The notes below the pieces were generated by a model that did not search any database, was not told the DNA's origin, and worked only from the letters and a program-made list of their open reading frames with translations. From Chiloscyllium plagiosum (lineage: Eukaryota), in NCBI RefSeq assembly GCF_004010195.1, contig NC_057755.1, positions 9,465,306 through 9,529,305 on the forward strand: a stretch of DNA of 64,000 bases. Direction: 5' to 3'. The number at the start of each line of letters is the position of its first letter. Positions within the stretch are counted from its first letter, which is position 1. This document shows, piece after piece, positions 1 to 13,774 of this stretch. The position numbers and the translations under genes were made by a program.

Positions 1-1715
1 GTCCTGACTTATTAATTTCTCCTTATTCAATTTTAACTGTCCCCTTACTTCATATCCAAAATTACTTCAAAAGGGCTGATTTTGGTCGATTCATTTGGTG
101 CACCGCAGACCGCAAAGAGGACAATCAGAATTCCCTCATCCTAATTATCTGGATAATCTTGACCACAAGCCCTAAACATTGCCTTTAGTGTTTGATACTA
201 TCTCACCAGCACTTCCTGCGAGTCTGGATGGCACGAAATAAATCTGAATTGCTTTATTCCCAAGTTATCAAACACCTCCTTGAATTGTTTGGATGTGATG
301 CTTGATCCTTGATCTAACTGGATCTCGAGTGTCATTGCATTTCTACTTAAAAAAAATGCTTGCAGTCCTTCTAAACCCCTTTTAGTTGTGATGTTGCATA
401 ATGGTATTGCCCCTGGAAATCTAATTGACATATTCCTTGTTGCAAATAAATACATATTCCCACTTCATGTTTGAGATGCTGACCTCCACAATCAATCAAA
501 ATCATTGTGAAAGGTTGCTGAAATGCTGGAATAGGTATTAAAGGTGCAGATTTTATTACTGCCTGTGGTTTTCTAATTAGCTGACATGTATGACACGTCT
601 GTCAAAATTCGACTACATCTTTGTGTATTGTAGGCCAGTAAATATGTCTTTGTATTTTTGCCTATGTGTTCCTCATTCTTAAATCACATGCAAGCGGTAG
701 CTTATTCGCCACTCGCAGCACCTCCTTTCTATATCCCACTGGAAAAACAATTTGATGAATCTTTGACCGTTGCTCATCTGATTGAATGGTCTCTCATCAC
801 TCATTATTTGTTACGTCATAACACACAGGAATGCAGAAACTTTCTTTCTCAGTAAATGTCTTTTGATATAATTGTTTTAACTCATCATCTTTCTGCTGTA
901 ATTCAATCAGATTCGCAGAGCTAAAGTACTTTTAGGTTTGCCTAATTACTCCTTTTTCCACTTATCTGAACAAAGATGATTTCGGATAACATTACGTCAG
1001 ATTTCTTACCTGTGCCTATTGATCTCTCCTGCTTCAGATTGTTCCTCTGTGATTTTGTGACCACTCAATGAGGGAAAGTTCTCCAGGTCTTCAGTTGCCT
1101 GTGTCTCCATTGGCTTTTCAACGAGAATAGGCAGCTTGCCTACCAGTGATTCAGCTATAACATTTGCAAGGACAATTTTTATTCCTGGAGCTGAGCGTTT
1201 GTCTAGTACTCTTACCACAAGTTCTCCATTCGTCTCTGGACTCTCTTACCTCATTTTACATGTCTGAGCACTTTTTGTCTCACCATGAATTTCTGTTACC
1301 AGTACCGTCTCTAGCAATACTTGCTGAGGAGTGCATATTCCTCCATCCTTCAGCACTACAGACTGAGAGGATCCTGTGTCCTTAATATTGCAAGCTGCTT
1401 ACCTATTATATTTTCAAAGCAGATTTGGTCCTTCCTCCTTAATCAACCTCTGATCATCTTGCAGACTCTGAGGCAGTTGTCCAACTTCCCTTGTGCTTTT
1501 GTTACTCGTCCAACAACACGTCCAAGCTTGTTTGGTTTTCCTACATCTGGCCTTCTTCTAGCCCACCAACACTCTGATTTCGTGTGCCCACTTTATTACA
1601 ATGTAAACGCCAGAACTTTTTGACTTCTTTGACCAAATCAAGTGTGTTTTTATTTTTATTCTGTGGTAAATTATCCTTATGATCTTCACTGAGATCCACC
1701 TCTCCCCTTCCACGC
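1..1715 (-). mobile_element. Decayed Gmr1-type Ty3/gypsy LTR retrotransposon fragment (gag end, protease, integrase) running off the window
   Basis: Minus-strand ORF remnants DLSEDHKDNLPQ, LANVIAESLVGKLPILVEKP and RFPGAIPLCNIT..IQLDQGS..HPDSQ. Colinear with the plus-strand copy at about 10050-12050. Confidence 0.8.
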
Positions 1716-1719
1716 GAGG

Positions 1720-2295
1720 ATTTCTTTGTAAGCCCTACTCTCTGCAACTGGATCCTCAGTTTCCTGACGTAGAAGTCACAATCAGTGAAGATTGGAGACA
1801 ATATTTGTTCCTTATTAACTCCCAACCGGGGTGTGTCCTCAGTCCCCCACTGTACTCAGTGTATACCCATGACTACATCGCCAAGTAACAGACTAATACC
1901 ATTTACAATTTCGCTGATGACACCACTGTATTCCGTCGAATTTAAGATGGTGAAGAAGCAGACTACAGATGGAAGGTGGAAGACCTGGAAAAATGATGCA
2001 CTGAGAACAACCTGGCTTGCAAAGCAGGCAAAGCCAAGGAACTCATTATTGACTTGTGGCGGGATGGTACTCATGCCCCCTCTACACATTAATAGAACAG
2101 AGGTGGAACGAGAGTCGAGTGTTAAGCTCCTGCGAGTGGCCATCCACAACAAGCATTTTTTGGACTCTTCCTATGGATGCATTGGTTCCAAAGACCCAAC
2201 AATGTCCCTTCTTCCTCAGACTGCTGACGAAATTTGGCATGACGGCGAATACCCTTGCAAACTTTTCAGGTGCACCATCGAGAGCAGTTTGTGAC
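1720..2295 (+). mobile_element. Rex1/Babar-like non-LTR retrotransposon RT fragment
   Basis: QPGCVLSPPLYSVYTHD, FADDTT and VPKTQQCPFFLRLLTKFGM; similar to 37110-37770 and 56375-57600. Confidence 0.75.
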
Positions 2296-3018
2296 ATATT
2301 CAGATCTGAACCTCAAATCTCATAATTTTTACCACGTTACTTTTGAAGATACTGGAGCAAAAAGGAACACTCACACAGATCCTGAATGAAAAATATCTGA
2401 AGTGCAGAAATAGACCGTTTGGTTCATAGTGACTGAATCACCTCTCTCATAATGTTAGTGCAACATCAATTTCCAACCTGTTGGAATGAACCAACTCGTT
2501 TTTATGCCTTATTGAATCGTCGAATTGAACGCAATTCCACCACACTTGCAGCATTCCATTTAATAATACCATAAGACCATAACACTATGAGCCCATGAGA
2601 AATCGAATCAGGAGTAGACCATTAGGTCCTTCCAACCTGTTCTGTCATTCAATCGCATCATGCTTGATCTGATTCTCCACGCGTTCACTTCACAGTATTT
2701 TCCAGTTAATCCTTGACTTTCTGATACGTTATGTCTTTTTTGCTCGAAATAGGTAAAATTTACAAACTCCTCTTCTATTTCACTTTGGTGAATGTAATTG
2801 AACGAAATAGTATGCATATGAACATTCTGCACAACTGCTAATTTCTACAGTAAACTTCCAGTTATTTGTTTCATTCTCAGCGGAAGTGCATCAGTTTTTG
2901 TTAGTCAGACACGGAATCCGGGCCACTGCCATGAGTGTTTCGCTGCCCTTTAGTATTTTAAACCACATCAATTAGCTTACATTCTAAGCCACTAATCATT
3001 TCCCATTACTGCCCTTAT

Positions 3019-3723
3019 TGTTATGAAGAGTGGATTTACTGTACCTTAAAGAGAACAAGAAGCTCGCAGAACCACGTGACTGCACCAAGTGTTATCAACA
3101 AGATAACAATGTAACAGTTGGTCGAAAGCTAGATTAGCTGGTTTGCCTGGAGACAAAAGCAGACTCGAATTAGGCCAATCAGTTGAAACTATAAACTGAA
3201 AAATACCAATTTTCAATCAATTTTTAACTTAGTACATTGACAATTTTGAAAACCATTGACACAATCCGATGCTTTTACCGATTAAGACCGGGGAAAATTG
3301 AACTGTTGGGAGTAGAATTGCCAAGACGCCAGCATGTAAAGACTGCCAGAAAAGAATATAGCTCTCTGAAAGGAAAAGTAATTGATTATTTTCCTGTGAA
3401 GCAGAATCCCTCAAGAAGAAGTAAAAAGACAGGTATACAGAGAAGAACCGGAAGCTGCCTGGTTTTGAGGTAAGATTTTGTCTATAGTTTTAATCAGTAT
3501 TTTTATCGGACCAGTAGAGGGGAAAGCAAAAGATTGGTTAGAGGAAAGAGTTGTAAGTAGTTGTAAGTTAAATATTCTCTGTTATACCTTCAGAAACAAA
3601 TGCATTGATTTTTATTTTAATTTATTCTTGGCCTCTCGAATTTCCATCGATGATTGCCCTGGATAAATCTTTCGGAGTTGCTGGTATAAATTAACCTGCA
3701 GTATTTACCCCCGTGTCATAACA
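3019..3723 (+). repeat. 5' LTR of Gmr1-type element A
   Basis: Bounded by a perfect 8-bp inverted repeat TGTTATGA...TCATAACA (TG...CA), followed by a PBS-like motif and gag. Confidence 0.8.
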
Positions 3724-3726
3724 GGT

Positions 3727-3746
3727 TGGCGTCTCGTCTTTGGGAT
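3727..3746 (+). promoter_or_regulatory. Degenerate primer-binding site, tRNA-Pro-like
   Basis: TGGCGTCTCGTCTTTGGGAT, 3 nt after the LTR end, resembles the tRNA-Pro PBS TGGGGGCTCGTCCGGGAT. Confidence 0.55.
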
Positions 3747-6700
3747 TTGAACTGATTTAGACAGATTTTATTAGATTTGAGGGTACAAAACATCCCAGCA
3801 GATTTAAAAACCAACGGGTTCGTGTCCTAGAACTTTAAATGACATGTAGGTGAGACAATTTGTTTAATTTGGATGACTTCGTGTAGATTAAATTAAAAGT
3901 GAGGTAAATCGCTCTTATACTTCAAAATTGTTTGTGGAGTTTGAAGATGACGATCAAATTTTCTATGAAAGTTCAGGAGGAAAGAAAACGACAAAATCTT
4001 GTAGAATTAACAAATAAGTTAGATTTGGGTTTAACCAAGGATAATGTAAAGCTGAAATTGTAAAGGAGTTTCTCAAAAATCTAGGTTGTCAGAGAAACAG
4101 GCAAATGCAGTAGAGATAGAAAGAGTTAAATTATCTTGAGGAAAATAGAGTTCAAAGATAAACAAAGAGAGAGAGAAAGAGGAAGATAGAGAGAGGAGAA
4201 AGAGAGAAAGGCAATAGAGAGGGGGACAGAGAAAGAAGAAAATAAAAGAGAGAGAAGGTTCTGAGCTGAGCAAAAAGAGAGAGAATCTGAACTAGAGAAG
4301 TTGCAACTTACTCAGCAAAGTCAAGTTAACAGAATGGGGATGAAAAGAGAAGTTAGTGACACATACAAATATTTCAAATCACTGCCACATTTTGATGAGA
4401 AGGCCTTGTTGAAGCCTTCTTTCTTTCATTTGAAAAATTGGCTAGCCAGATGTTGTGGTCTGAAGACTTATGGATAATGCTAATTCAGACTTTACTGACA
4501 GGCAGAGATAATGAGGTATTTGCTGAGCTGTCAGATGAGGGATGACGAGGCTGTTTAAGTGCTCATGAATTGGTACCAGAAACATGTAGGCAGGGGTTCC
4601 AAAACACAAAGAAGAAAATAGATCAGACTTATGTTGAGTTCGAAAGAATTAAAAGTAGTCATTTTGATAGATGGGTGCATGTGTTGAAAATAGGTAGGAC
4701 CATTGAAGCTTTCAGAAATATTAGTATGCCGGAGGAGTTCAAAAACACATTTCCATAGATTTTAAGAATTCACGTGGAGGAACAAAAAGTTCACAAAGTG
4801 AGAAGGGCAGCAGAATTAGCAGATGAGCACAGGCTGGTGCGTAAGACAAGCTTCCGGCCAGAGTTGCGTCCTGTGACGGGTAGAAGTTGGGAGATGAGGA
4901 GATCCTAGACAACCAAACTAAGAGTCGTAAGAATTTACCACAGCATAAAAAAAGAAGCCCAGGACGGTGGAAAGAAGGTGAAAGCCTCATATGTTTTCAC
5001 TGGAATAGAGTAGGATACAGAAAATTACAGTGCCGGTGATTTCATGAGGGCACTGGGAAAACGTGCTTCCACTTCCAGACTGTGGGACACGTGAAGATAC
5101 AGTACTGGTCTTTAAAGAAAGGCGCTGTTGCAAAAGATGTGGTAATAGAAGTGAAGTCAGTTGCATTAGTAAATGTCATAAATGTCCCCAAAGGAGAGCC
5201 AATGAGATGCAGGAGAATATGTCGCCGAAGCAGGGACTTGGTATGGACTTAGTACTTGATTTCTATAAAGAATTCGCCTCTGCAAGTAAAGTTTGCTCAG
5301 AAAGAACATGGGTAGACAGACAAGAAGTTACAATTTTGAGAGATGTATGCACTAAACTGTCGCTGATGGTTAGGGATGAGCGAATGTGCACTCTTTCTGA
5401 TTTTTTTTACCCCACAGTGTGGTAATTTGTAAGATAGATGGACAGAACTATAACATTCCCCGATGTAAGACCAGGTTGGAATTCCCAATCGACACTGGAG
5501 AATTTGCTGTGGGAATGATTGACACAAAGTGATCCAAAGTGGGAGTGGCACCACTTGTCGTGGAGAAGCCCGAGGGAGACCAATAAACTGAGGAGTTAAA
5601 AAGAAATATTCTGGTATTTTCCCAGACTGCGTAGTAACAAACTGACACTGTGATATATTACATCACGAAGCAAAAAGTAAAGGAAAAGATGAAAGAGTTG
5701 AGGTTCAGGTAGCGGATAACCTGTTTGATGTTATAGTGCAGGAAAAACCGGGACAGAGGGTCATACAGTAGTGTTTAGTCGTGAAAGGTGAATGGACCTG
5801 CGACAGCTAGACAAAACGAAAAAAGACATATGTGGATGCGTGCTTCAAAAATCAGGCACAGAATATTCCGAAGAGTTATTATCTGAAAGATACAATCCTA
5901 AGACGGAAAGAAGACCGTGGCAAGTTAGTGCAGAGGAGAAATGGGCCGAAGTGCACCAGATTGTGTAGCTGGTAGCAGATAGTCAGGAGGTGTTAATGGT
6001 AGCACATGAACTACCTGTCGGCGGTAACCTCGCGGTACGAAAGACTTAAGCTCAGGTACAAGGCCTGGAATGCACAAGGATGTGGTTAACCTTTGCCGTT
6101 TGTGACATACATGCCAAGTAGTAGGTAAGCCATAAGGATAAATAAAACCATCACATGATTTGCCAATTCCTGCATTTTAAGCACCTCTCACTGGTTAATA
6201 ATTGATTGTGTAGTTCCCTTCCCTAGAACTAAAAGTGAGAACTAATACTTGTTTACCTTAATGAAGGTGTTTACCAGATTTCCGGAGGCAATTCGAGCAA
6301 GTTGGACAAGCCAGTTACATCACCATTTCCATTTTGCGGTATGAAGACCAAAAAGGTGTTAGAGGAGATTGTAACTTCCTTCAGATGGTATGCGCTAACC
6401 AGAGACAGTCAGTCGAACCAAAGGTCAAATTTCACTGAAGGGTTGTTTAAAGAGGTTAAAGATTGCTGAGGTATTAGCGCTTTAAATCCAGTGCATATCA
6501 TCCTGAATCCCAAGGAGCTTTAGAAAGGTGGAATCAGACTATCAGGATTATCCGTGAGGTTGTGATGAATGTATCCTATTCGTATTGTTTTCCATTGGAG
6601 ATGCTCAAACGAGTCTACTCAGTTCACTCCCTACCAGTTAATGTTCGGTCAAGAAGTGAGAGGTCCTTTAAAATTTATGAAAGAAGAATTCACCGGATCA

Positions 6701-8264
6701 AAGTCAGAGATGTAACACTCTGATTCTGGATCGCAGGTGAGGGAGAGACTAAATCGAGTAGGTAAGTTAACTAAACAGCACCGAAAGGGAACACAGTATA
6801 GAATGAACAGAGATGTAGCTACGTTAGCAGACTGTGCAGTCTATTTGGACATGCAATGATCTTTAATAAGTCTTGGGAAGATCACGTGGTACAATTACCA
6901 GAGCTCTTTGAACCACTGAGATAAGCAAAGCTCGTGATACACTGAAATAAAATTGAACTCACGAAAACAGAGGTAGTCCTGAGACTTGAATGTTTTCACG
7001 CGGAGATTACCCGTTAAAGCTGTCATCAGTGACAGGAGATCCCTTCAAAGCCAAGGTTAGTAGCCCCTATCAAATTGAGAAAACGTTGGCTCAGGTGAAC
7101 TACCCAGTAAAGATGTAACGTTAAAAAAAAGTTATCAAGTATGTCATGTGAACATGTTGAAACTTTATCGTACTGGAGAGAAAGAACTGGAGAAACAGGT
7201 GTTAGTTACTAACCCACAGAGTGAGAACTCGAATTCAGATGATGTGGATTTTGATGCGCCTCAAAATAGACTAAAGAATGATGAAGTCATTGAAGAGTGA
7301 AATAGGTTATTGAGTATCTGTTTCTGGAGCATAGAAAACAATTGACAGATTTATTACTGCAGGAAAAGGACAAATATAAGAATCAGATGTGGAGGACTAA
7401 TGTTATTGAACATATATTAAACATATGGAATACTGCTCCGATAAAACAACACCCCTACCGACTTCATCATTTCAAAGCCAAACAGGTCCAGATGTAGGTG
7501 GAGGCCAAGCTCAAGGACGACATCATCAAACCAAGCCAGAGTTAGTGCAGTTTGCCAATCATCTTAGTTCCCAAAATGGACAGAACTCAACAATTCTACC
7601 TTAATTTTCATTAGGTCAATGCCGTTACAAAATTGGACTTATGTCCAATTCCTGGAGTGGAAAACTGTTTCCACAAATTCGGAAAAGTAAGTTACATCAC
7701 GAAGTTTGAGTTAATACGTGATTACTGACAGTTACCTTAATCAGAGAGGGCAAAAAAAAAAGTTTCCGCGTTTGTAACCCCAAATGGGCTAAATCAATTT
7801 GAAGTGACGCCCTTTGGAAGGAATAGTGCAATCACCACGTCGCATAGAATCATGAAGAGAATCGTGGTTGGGTTAGCAAAATGTGCAGTTTATTTGGACG
7901 ATGTCGTGATTTAGTAAGTACTGGGAAGATCATGTGGTACAAATGGCAGCGCTCTTTGAACCACTGTGATAAGCAAAACTTGTAATAAACTTCAGCAAAA
8001 CAAGACTTGCGAAAGCAGAGGTGACGATTTTGGGACATAACATCAGTCTTGGAACGTTGACCCCATGGAACACCAGAACAAAGGCCATCGAGGAATTTCC
8101 AAGACCAACAACTAAGACAGATTTGCTTCGATTCTTACAACTTAGCTGATTCTATTGGAAATGTGTTCCAAATATCAGCAGTGTCGTGGCACCATTAACC
8201 GATTTGCTGAAGAAGAATACAAAGTTTCGGTGGACAGAACAATGTCCAGATGCATTCGACCATT

Positions 8265-8914
8265 TGTCACAAAGCTAGTTCTTTTTTTGTCCTGAAAGCT
8301 GCTCCTTGGCTCAAGGAGACTTGGACCTTTTTTTTATTTTCAGAGGAGCAATAAACCGGACCGGGCTCTGATTGGTCTGGTTTGGTCCAGAGATGAAAAG
8401 GATTTTGAGACGCCTTTTGTTTAGATGCAAGCAGATGAGACTTCAAGCCAAAGTGGTAATGTTTTAAAAGTGACCTGCGTATGGAAAGGGGAGTAGTTAA
8501 CTCTTGACCTTAGCTGATCGGTGCAGTTTCAATTATGTCTTGAACAGCGAATTTCAACAGGGAGCTGAGTGGAAGCTCTTTCTCTGCCTCTCAACTTTAA
8601 CCTGTGAGCATGTGTTCCATTTATTCTGGTTATTAAAAGGCGTTTGCTTATTGGGACTATTGTGTATATTCGTAACAGCATTACCAAGTCTAGTTGGATA
8701 GGCTGAATTCTGTTGGGGTTCATTATTCTGTTCTTGCTGTTTCATTGCGTAATATTGTGAATGATCTTTTTCTCTGTTTTAAAATCGAGTAGTCAACCTA
8801 GCTATCTTACTACAAGTAATTTTCACTGCACATTAACCAAAACAAATTACAAAGGTATGGTCTGGGTCTGCCTGCTTACGAAATGTTTTGAATGGTCTGG
8901 CCTCATCCATAACA
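8265..8914 (+). repeat. 5' LTR of Gmr1-type element B
   Basis: Begins TGTCAC exactly where the RT of element A stops and ends CATAACA. Followed by PBS-like TGGGTGCTC (8918) and gag. Confidence 0.7.
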
Positions 8915-11424
8915 GATTGGGTGCTCTTTGCTGCTATCTTTATTTCGTTGGTTGGTTTGGTTGGATAGACAAAAATGAGGGTAGTAATGGCTTTTTCAGT
9001 TGGCAAAGGTTTGATTGGATCTGTTTGTCGTGACTTTAGAGGTTTTGCAAAAATTGAATAAGACCAAATTGCAATAATTGGCAGAGAATCTGTAATTGGA
9101 ACTGTATGCTTCTGTGAAGAAATGAGAGATAATTACAGCAGTAGCTCAGCATTTAAACCTGCTGTAGAAACCATTAGAATGTATAGAGATGACAAGAATT
9201 CAGTTGCAAATAAAGCAGCTTGAGTTAGGAGCAAGGGATAAGGAAAGGGCAGCAGAAATGAAACGGTTTGATTTACGATTAAAAGCAGAAGAGAGGGAAA
9301 ACGACAGAACAGCCAAACGGAGAAAATGGAAGAGAGCTTTTGAACTTCACAAAAACTGACACTGAAAAGGCAAAGTCATCGTAAAATGCTGGAAATAAAG
9401 ACTGACTGTATACCTAGTGAGGAAGCGAGTGAGAATGAGCAAACCCCTGGTAGTCATATGCCCAGTTCTAAACTGCTTAAGTATGTTCAGGCATTGCCTA
9501 AATGTGAAGAGAAGTATGTGGAAGCCTTTTTCTTCACGTTTGAAAAGGTGGCTAAACCAATGCAGTGGCCAGTGGCAATGTGGGTTTTGTTGATCCAAGC
9601 GAAATTTACAGGTAGGGTGAGAGAGGTATTCGCATCCTGATCAGAGGATGTATGGGGGGAGTATGAGTGGGTTACTAAAAAGCCATTTCAAACGCATATG
9701 AGCTTGTACCAGAGCGTTTCAGGAATCTAAGGATGGACCCTGGTCAAATCTTGAATGTGTTTGAAAGGATCAAACAGAGTAATGTCGATAGATGGATAAT
9801 AATTTTAGTAATCGTGCAAATCTATGACGCCCTTAGAAAAGTAATTATTTTGGTGGAATTATAAAAATCACTGCCTGAAGTAGTGCGAACTCATGTGGAA
9901 GATCAGAGATTTAGAATAACAAGGTTAGCAGCTGAAGTGGCTGTTGATTATGAGCTGGCACATAAAACACAGTATATCTTCCAGAATCAATTTCAGTTCA
10001 TGAGGGATATAAATTGGGGCAAAGAGGAATCCTCACATGGAAACCCAAATGTAGATCTTGGTGATGATCATAAGGATAACTTACCACAGGCTAAAAAAAG
10101 AATACCATGAGGGGGACAAAGAAGTTTAAAAAACCCCGTGTTTTCATTGTATTAAGGTGGGCCACAGAAATTACAGTGTTGGTGGGTTAGGGGAAAGCCT
10201 GATGTCGGAAAACCAGACAAGCCTGGAAGTTTTGTTGGACTAATAACACAAGCACAAGGGAATTTAGACAACTGCCTCAGAGTGTATAAAATGATCAGAG
10301 GTTAATTAAGGAGGAATGGCAGATCTGCTTAGAAAGTACACATTCAAGGATAAGGTTTACTCACGTAGCAGGTGGGAAGCTTACAATTTTAAGGGACACA
10401 TCATCCTCTCAGTCTTTCCCACTGAAGGATGAGGCAACCCTGAAAGATTATTTACAGAGAAGGCACTGGTAACAGGAAATCATGGTGAGGCAAGAAGTGC
10501 TCAGTTTTGTAAAGTGTGGCTTGAAATTCCAGAGAAGAGAGGAAAACGTGTGGTAAGCTCCAGTAATACAATTTATCCTTGCAAATGTTATAGCTGACTC
10601 ACCGGTAGGTGTGCTGCGTACTCGAGTTGAAAAGCCAGTGGAGACACAGGCAACCAAGACACGGAGAATGTTTATCCAGGAAAATTCCCTGATTGTGTGA
10701 TCACAAGATCACAGAGGCACAAGCTGAAGGAGGAGAAATCAAAGGGCACAGATAAGGAAGCTGACAAAGTGTTATCCAAAACCCTCTTCGACCAGATAAG
10801 TGAAATGAAGAATAGGTAAACATACCAAACCGACTGAAATGCTGCAAAAAGATGATGAGTTAAAACTGTCCAGTCAAACGTCATATACAAAGAAAGAAAG
10901 TGAATGCATTCCCGTAAATGATTACTTAACGAATGATGCCTTAATGAGGAAATTGAGACAATCACACATTCAAGCTGATGCGAAATGAGTGAAGATTCAT
11001 CAAATTGTTTTTTTCCAGTGGAGTATAGAATGGAGGTGCTAAGAATGGTGTGTTAGCTACCAATTGGAAATTATGTGGGACGGAGGAAAACACTGGCTAA
11101 ATTACAAAGGTACTTTGCCTGCCTGGACTACACAAAGGTGTAGGGGAATTTTGCCAGACATTGCATAGATGTCAGCTAATCAGAAAACCACTGGCGGTAA
11201 TTAAACCTGCACATTAAATACCTATTCCAGCATTTGAGGAACCTTTCACAAGAGTTTGATTTGATTGCATTAGTCCCTTACCTCAAACAAAATGTGGGAA
11301 TGAGTGTTTATTAACAATAATGGATGTGTCGAATAGATTTCCAGAGGCAATCACATTACGCAACATCACAGCAAAAAGCGTTGAGAAGTATCAGATTTTC
11401 CTAAGGCATGGACTACCAATAGAT

Positions 11425-11731
11425 TAGATTACATTACAGTGTGGACTCAGGCCCTTCGGCCCAACAAGTCCACACCGACCCGCCGAAGCAAAACACCCCA
11501 TACCCCTACATTTACCCCTTATCTAACACTACGGGCAATTTAGTATGACCAATTCACCTGGCCCTGCACATCTTTGGACTGTGGGAGGAAGCCGGAGCAC
11601 CCGGAGGAAACCCACGCAGACACGGGGAGAACGTGCAAACTCCACACAGTCAGTCGCCTGAGGCGGGAATTGAACCCGGGTCTCTGGCGCTGTGAGGCAG
11701 CAGTGCTAACCACTGTGCCACCGTGCCGCCC
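11425..11731 (-). mobile_element. HE1-type (V-SINE) tRNA-derived SINE inserted in the integrase of element B
   Basis: Head GGGCGGCACGGTGGCACAGTGGTTAGC with Pol III A box and B box GGTTCAATTCC; CR1-like tail GGGCCGAAGGGCCTG..(TAATC)n. Approximate TSD ACCAATAGAT (11415-11424) / ACCAAATAGAT (11732-11742). Confidence 0.9.
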
Positions 11732-12974
11732 ACCAAATAGATATGCAGTCAGATCAAGGATCAAACCACACATCCAATCTATTGGATAACTCAGGAAAAA
11801 CAATAGTCAAACCTACTGCGCACCATTTGGAATCGCAGGGAGCACGAGAGATAGCATTGAAGACCATCTCAAGGGTTATTGGTCACAATTGTTCAGGAGA
11901 TTGGGACAAGGGAACCCCGTTATACTTTTTTGTAAACAGAGATGCACCAAATGAGTCGACCAAATTCAGTCCATTTTAAGTAGTGTTTGGGCATGAAGTA
12001 AGATGGCCATTAAAACCGCTGAAAGAGAAATTAGTAAGGCAGAATTCAGAAACCATCCATTTGGTCCATGTGTCAAATTTTACACAATCGTTAAATATAG
12101 CTGGAAAGATGGCTAGTCAGCATTTGAAAGTATCACAGCAAACAATCAAACAAAACACGGATAAGATATTACAAATCAGCAATTTTGCAATTGGGGAAAA
12201 GGTTCAGCGTTTAAAAGCAAGGTTTCAATAACTATCAAATTGAGAAGAAATTGAGTGTGGTGAACTACTTGATTGGGACTCTAGACAGAAAGAAATCTCA
12301 CAGAATATGTCCTGTGAATATGCTGAAAATGTATTTTGATCGTGAAGGAAAGCAAAATGAGAAGGTGTTAATGCTTACAGCACAAAAGAAACAAGTTCAG
12401 AGGATTCTGAATTGGACAATAATCAAATCAAATTGGACAATGCGGAAGTTGCCAAAAATTGGGAGAAATTGTTGAATTAACGTCCACAAGAAAATCGATT
12501 TGAAATGAAAAAGCTATTATTATCACATGGGGAGATATGCAGAAATAGACTTGGAAGTACTAACCTGATTGTTTATGACGTAGAAAAAGGAGATGCTGTT
12601 ACGAATGAGTTATATCCTCATAGGCATAACCCTCTAAAGTTGGCACAGTTTCAGAAGGAGATAAAATGCATGCTCCCATATGGCACAATGGAAGTGAGTT
12701 GCAGTGACTGGAGATCACCCATTGTCATGGTGGCAAAGCGAGATGGTGCACAATACTTATGTGTGGACTATCGCAGAGTCAATGCTGTTACAAAGACTGA
12801 TACATATCCAATTCCACGGTTGGAGGACTATGTCAAAAAGTGGGACAAGCAACAAATATTTCTACGTTGGACTTGATCAGAGCAACTGGCAAGTACCTCT
12901 TTCAGAGACAGCAAAGGCGATTTCGGATTTCGTAATAGCAAATGAACTACATCGGTTCAAGGTAATGCAAGATT

Positions 12975-13451
12975 GCTGAATGAAACACAAACAAGAGATA
13001 ACACAATACCAAATAACTTAACCTCTCTGAAAACCCAAAAGATCATCCCAACTTAATGATGCTATTCCCAATACTTGCATGAACCCCCATAAACATCCCT
13101 TGGTACAAAAGGGAAAATCAAACCAGAGTCTTACAGGAGAGAAGTCAGAGAGAGAGGACCAGCCCGTACCTGCTTCTGTGGGTCCAGCAGATTCAAACCA
13201 CTACTGCTAAAACCCAAACCAAAACAGAGAGACGCTGAGGTAGGAGAACTGGCCACTCCCCTTTCATTGGACAAGGGTTTTATTTTCAAAAACCTGAAAG
13301 TCTGTTGCCTGACGGAGTATCTGTTAGCTATAATCAAACTGGCCCTAAAACCCCTCAACCTCAGACATTTCGGAGGCTGTGTCATTTCCGACCTCTCTGA
13401 GAAAAAGCACCAAGGACTCCATCACCTTGTAAAAGGAGCAGCTTTGTCACA
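12975..13451 (-). repeat. Partial LTR related to the element B LTR, opposite orientation
   Basis: Reverse complement starts TGTGACAAAGCTGCTCCTT, resembling the start of the 8265 LTR (TGTCACAAAGCT...AAAGCTGCTCCTT). Confidence 0.5.
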
Positions 13452-13774
13452 ATAGATATCCCTTGACTATCTTGGAGAGGATACAGAACATTCTGAAATG
13501 GGAAAGAGACCAGCAGCAGGTCATTGTATACATTAGAACAAACAACATAGGGCAAGAAAAGGACAAGGTTATGAGGAGAGAATATAGGAAATTAGGCAGG
13601 AATTTAAAACGTAGGTCCGCCAGGGTGGCAATACCTGGATTACTCCCAGTGCCATGTACTAATGAGAGTAGGATTGGAAGGATAGTGAAGATGAATGAGT
13701 GGCTGAGGAGCAGGTGGAGGGGAGAATGATTCACATTTTTGGTTCATTGGTATATCACTGAGGTAGACGCGACT

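Larger units (their letters stand above)
3019..8264 (+). mobile_element. Gmr1-type gypsy LTR retrotransposon A: LTR-gag-PR-INT-RT, decayed and 3'-truncated
   Basis: gag SAHELVPETCRQGFQN (~4560), zinc-knuckle remnants (~4990-5110), protease ILRDV (~5335), integrase AHELPVGG / CQ / IDCV / QGALER (~6000-6530), then RT VNAVTK and YLDD (~7615-7900). Ends at KKNTKFRWTEQC. Many stops and frameshifts. Confidence 0.85.
8265..12970 (+). mobile_element. Gmr1-type gypsy LTR retrotransposon B: LTR-gag-PR-INT-partial RT, decayed
   Basis: gag EAFFFTFEKVAKPMQWP..LIQAKFTGR, AYELVPE and CFHC knuckle (~10140). Integrase MQSDQGSN..HHLESQGA. RT SPIVMVAKRDGAQYLCVDYRRVNAVTKTDTYPIPRLED lies downstream of integrase; truncated at FKVM. 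Confidence 0.85.

Noticed and set aside
4165..4290. GA-rich repeat as a separate element
   Set aside because: It is the Glu/Arg/Lys coiled-coil region of the Gmr1 gag.
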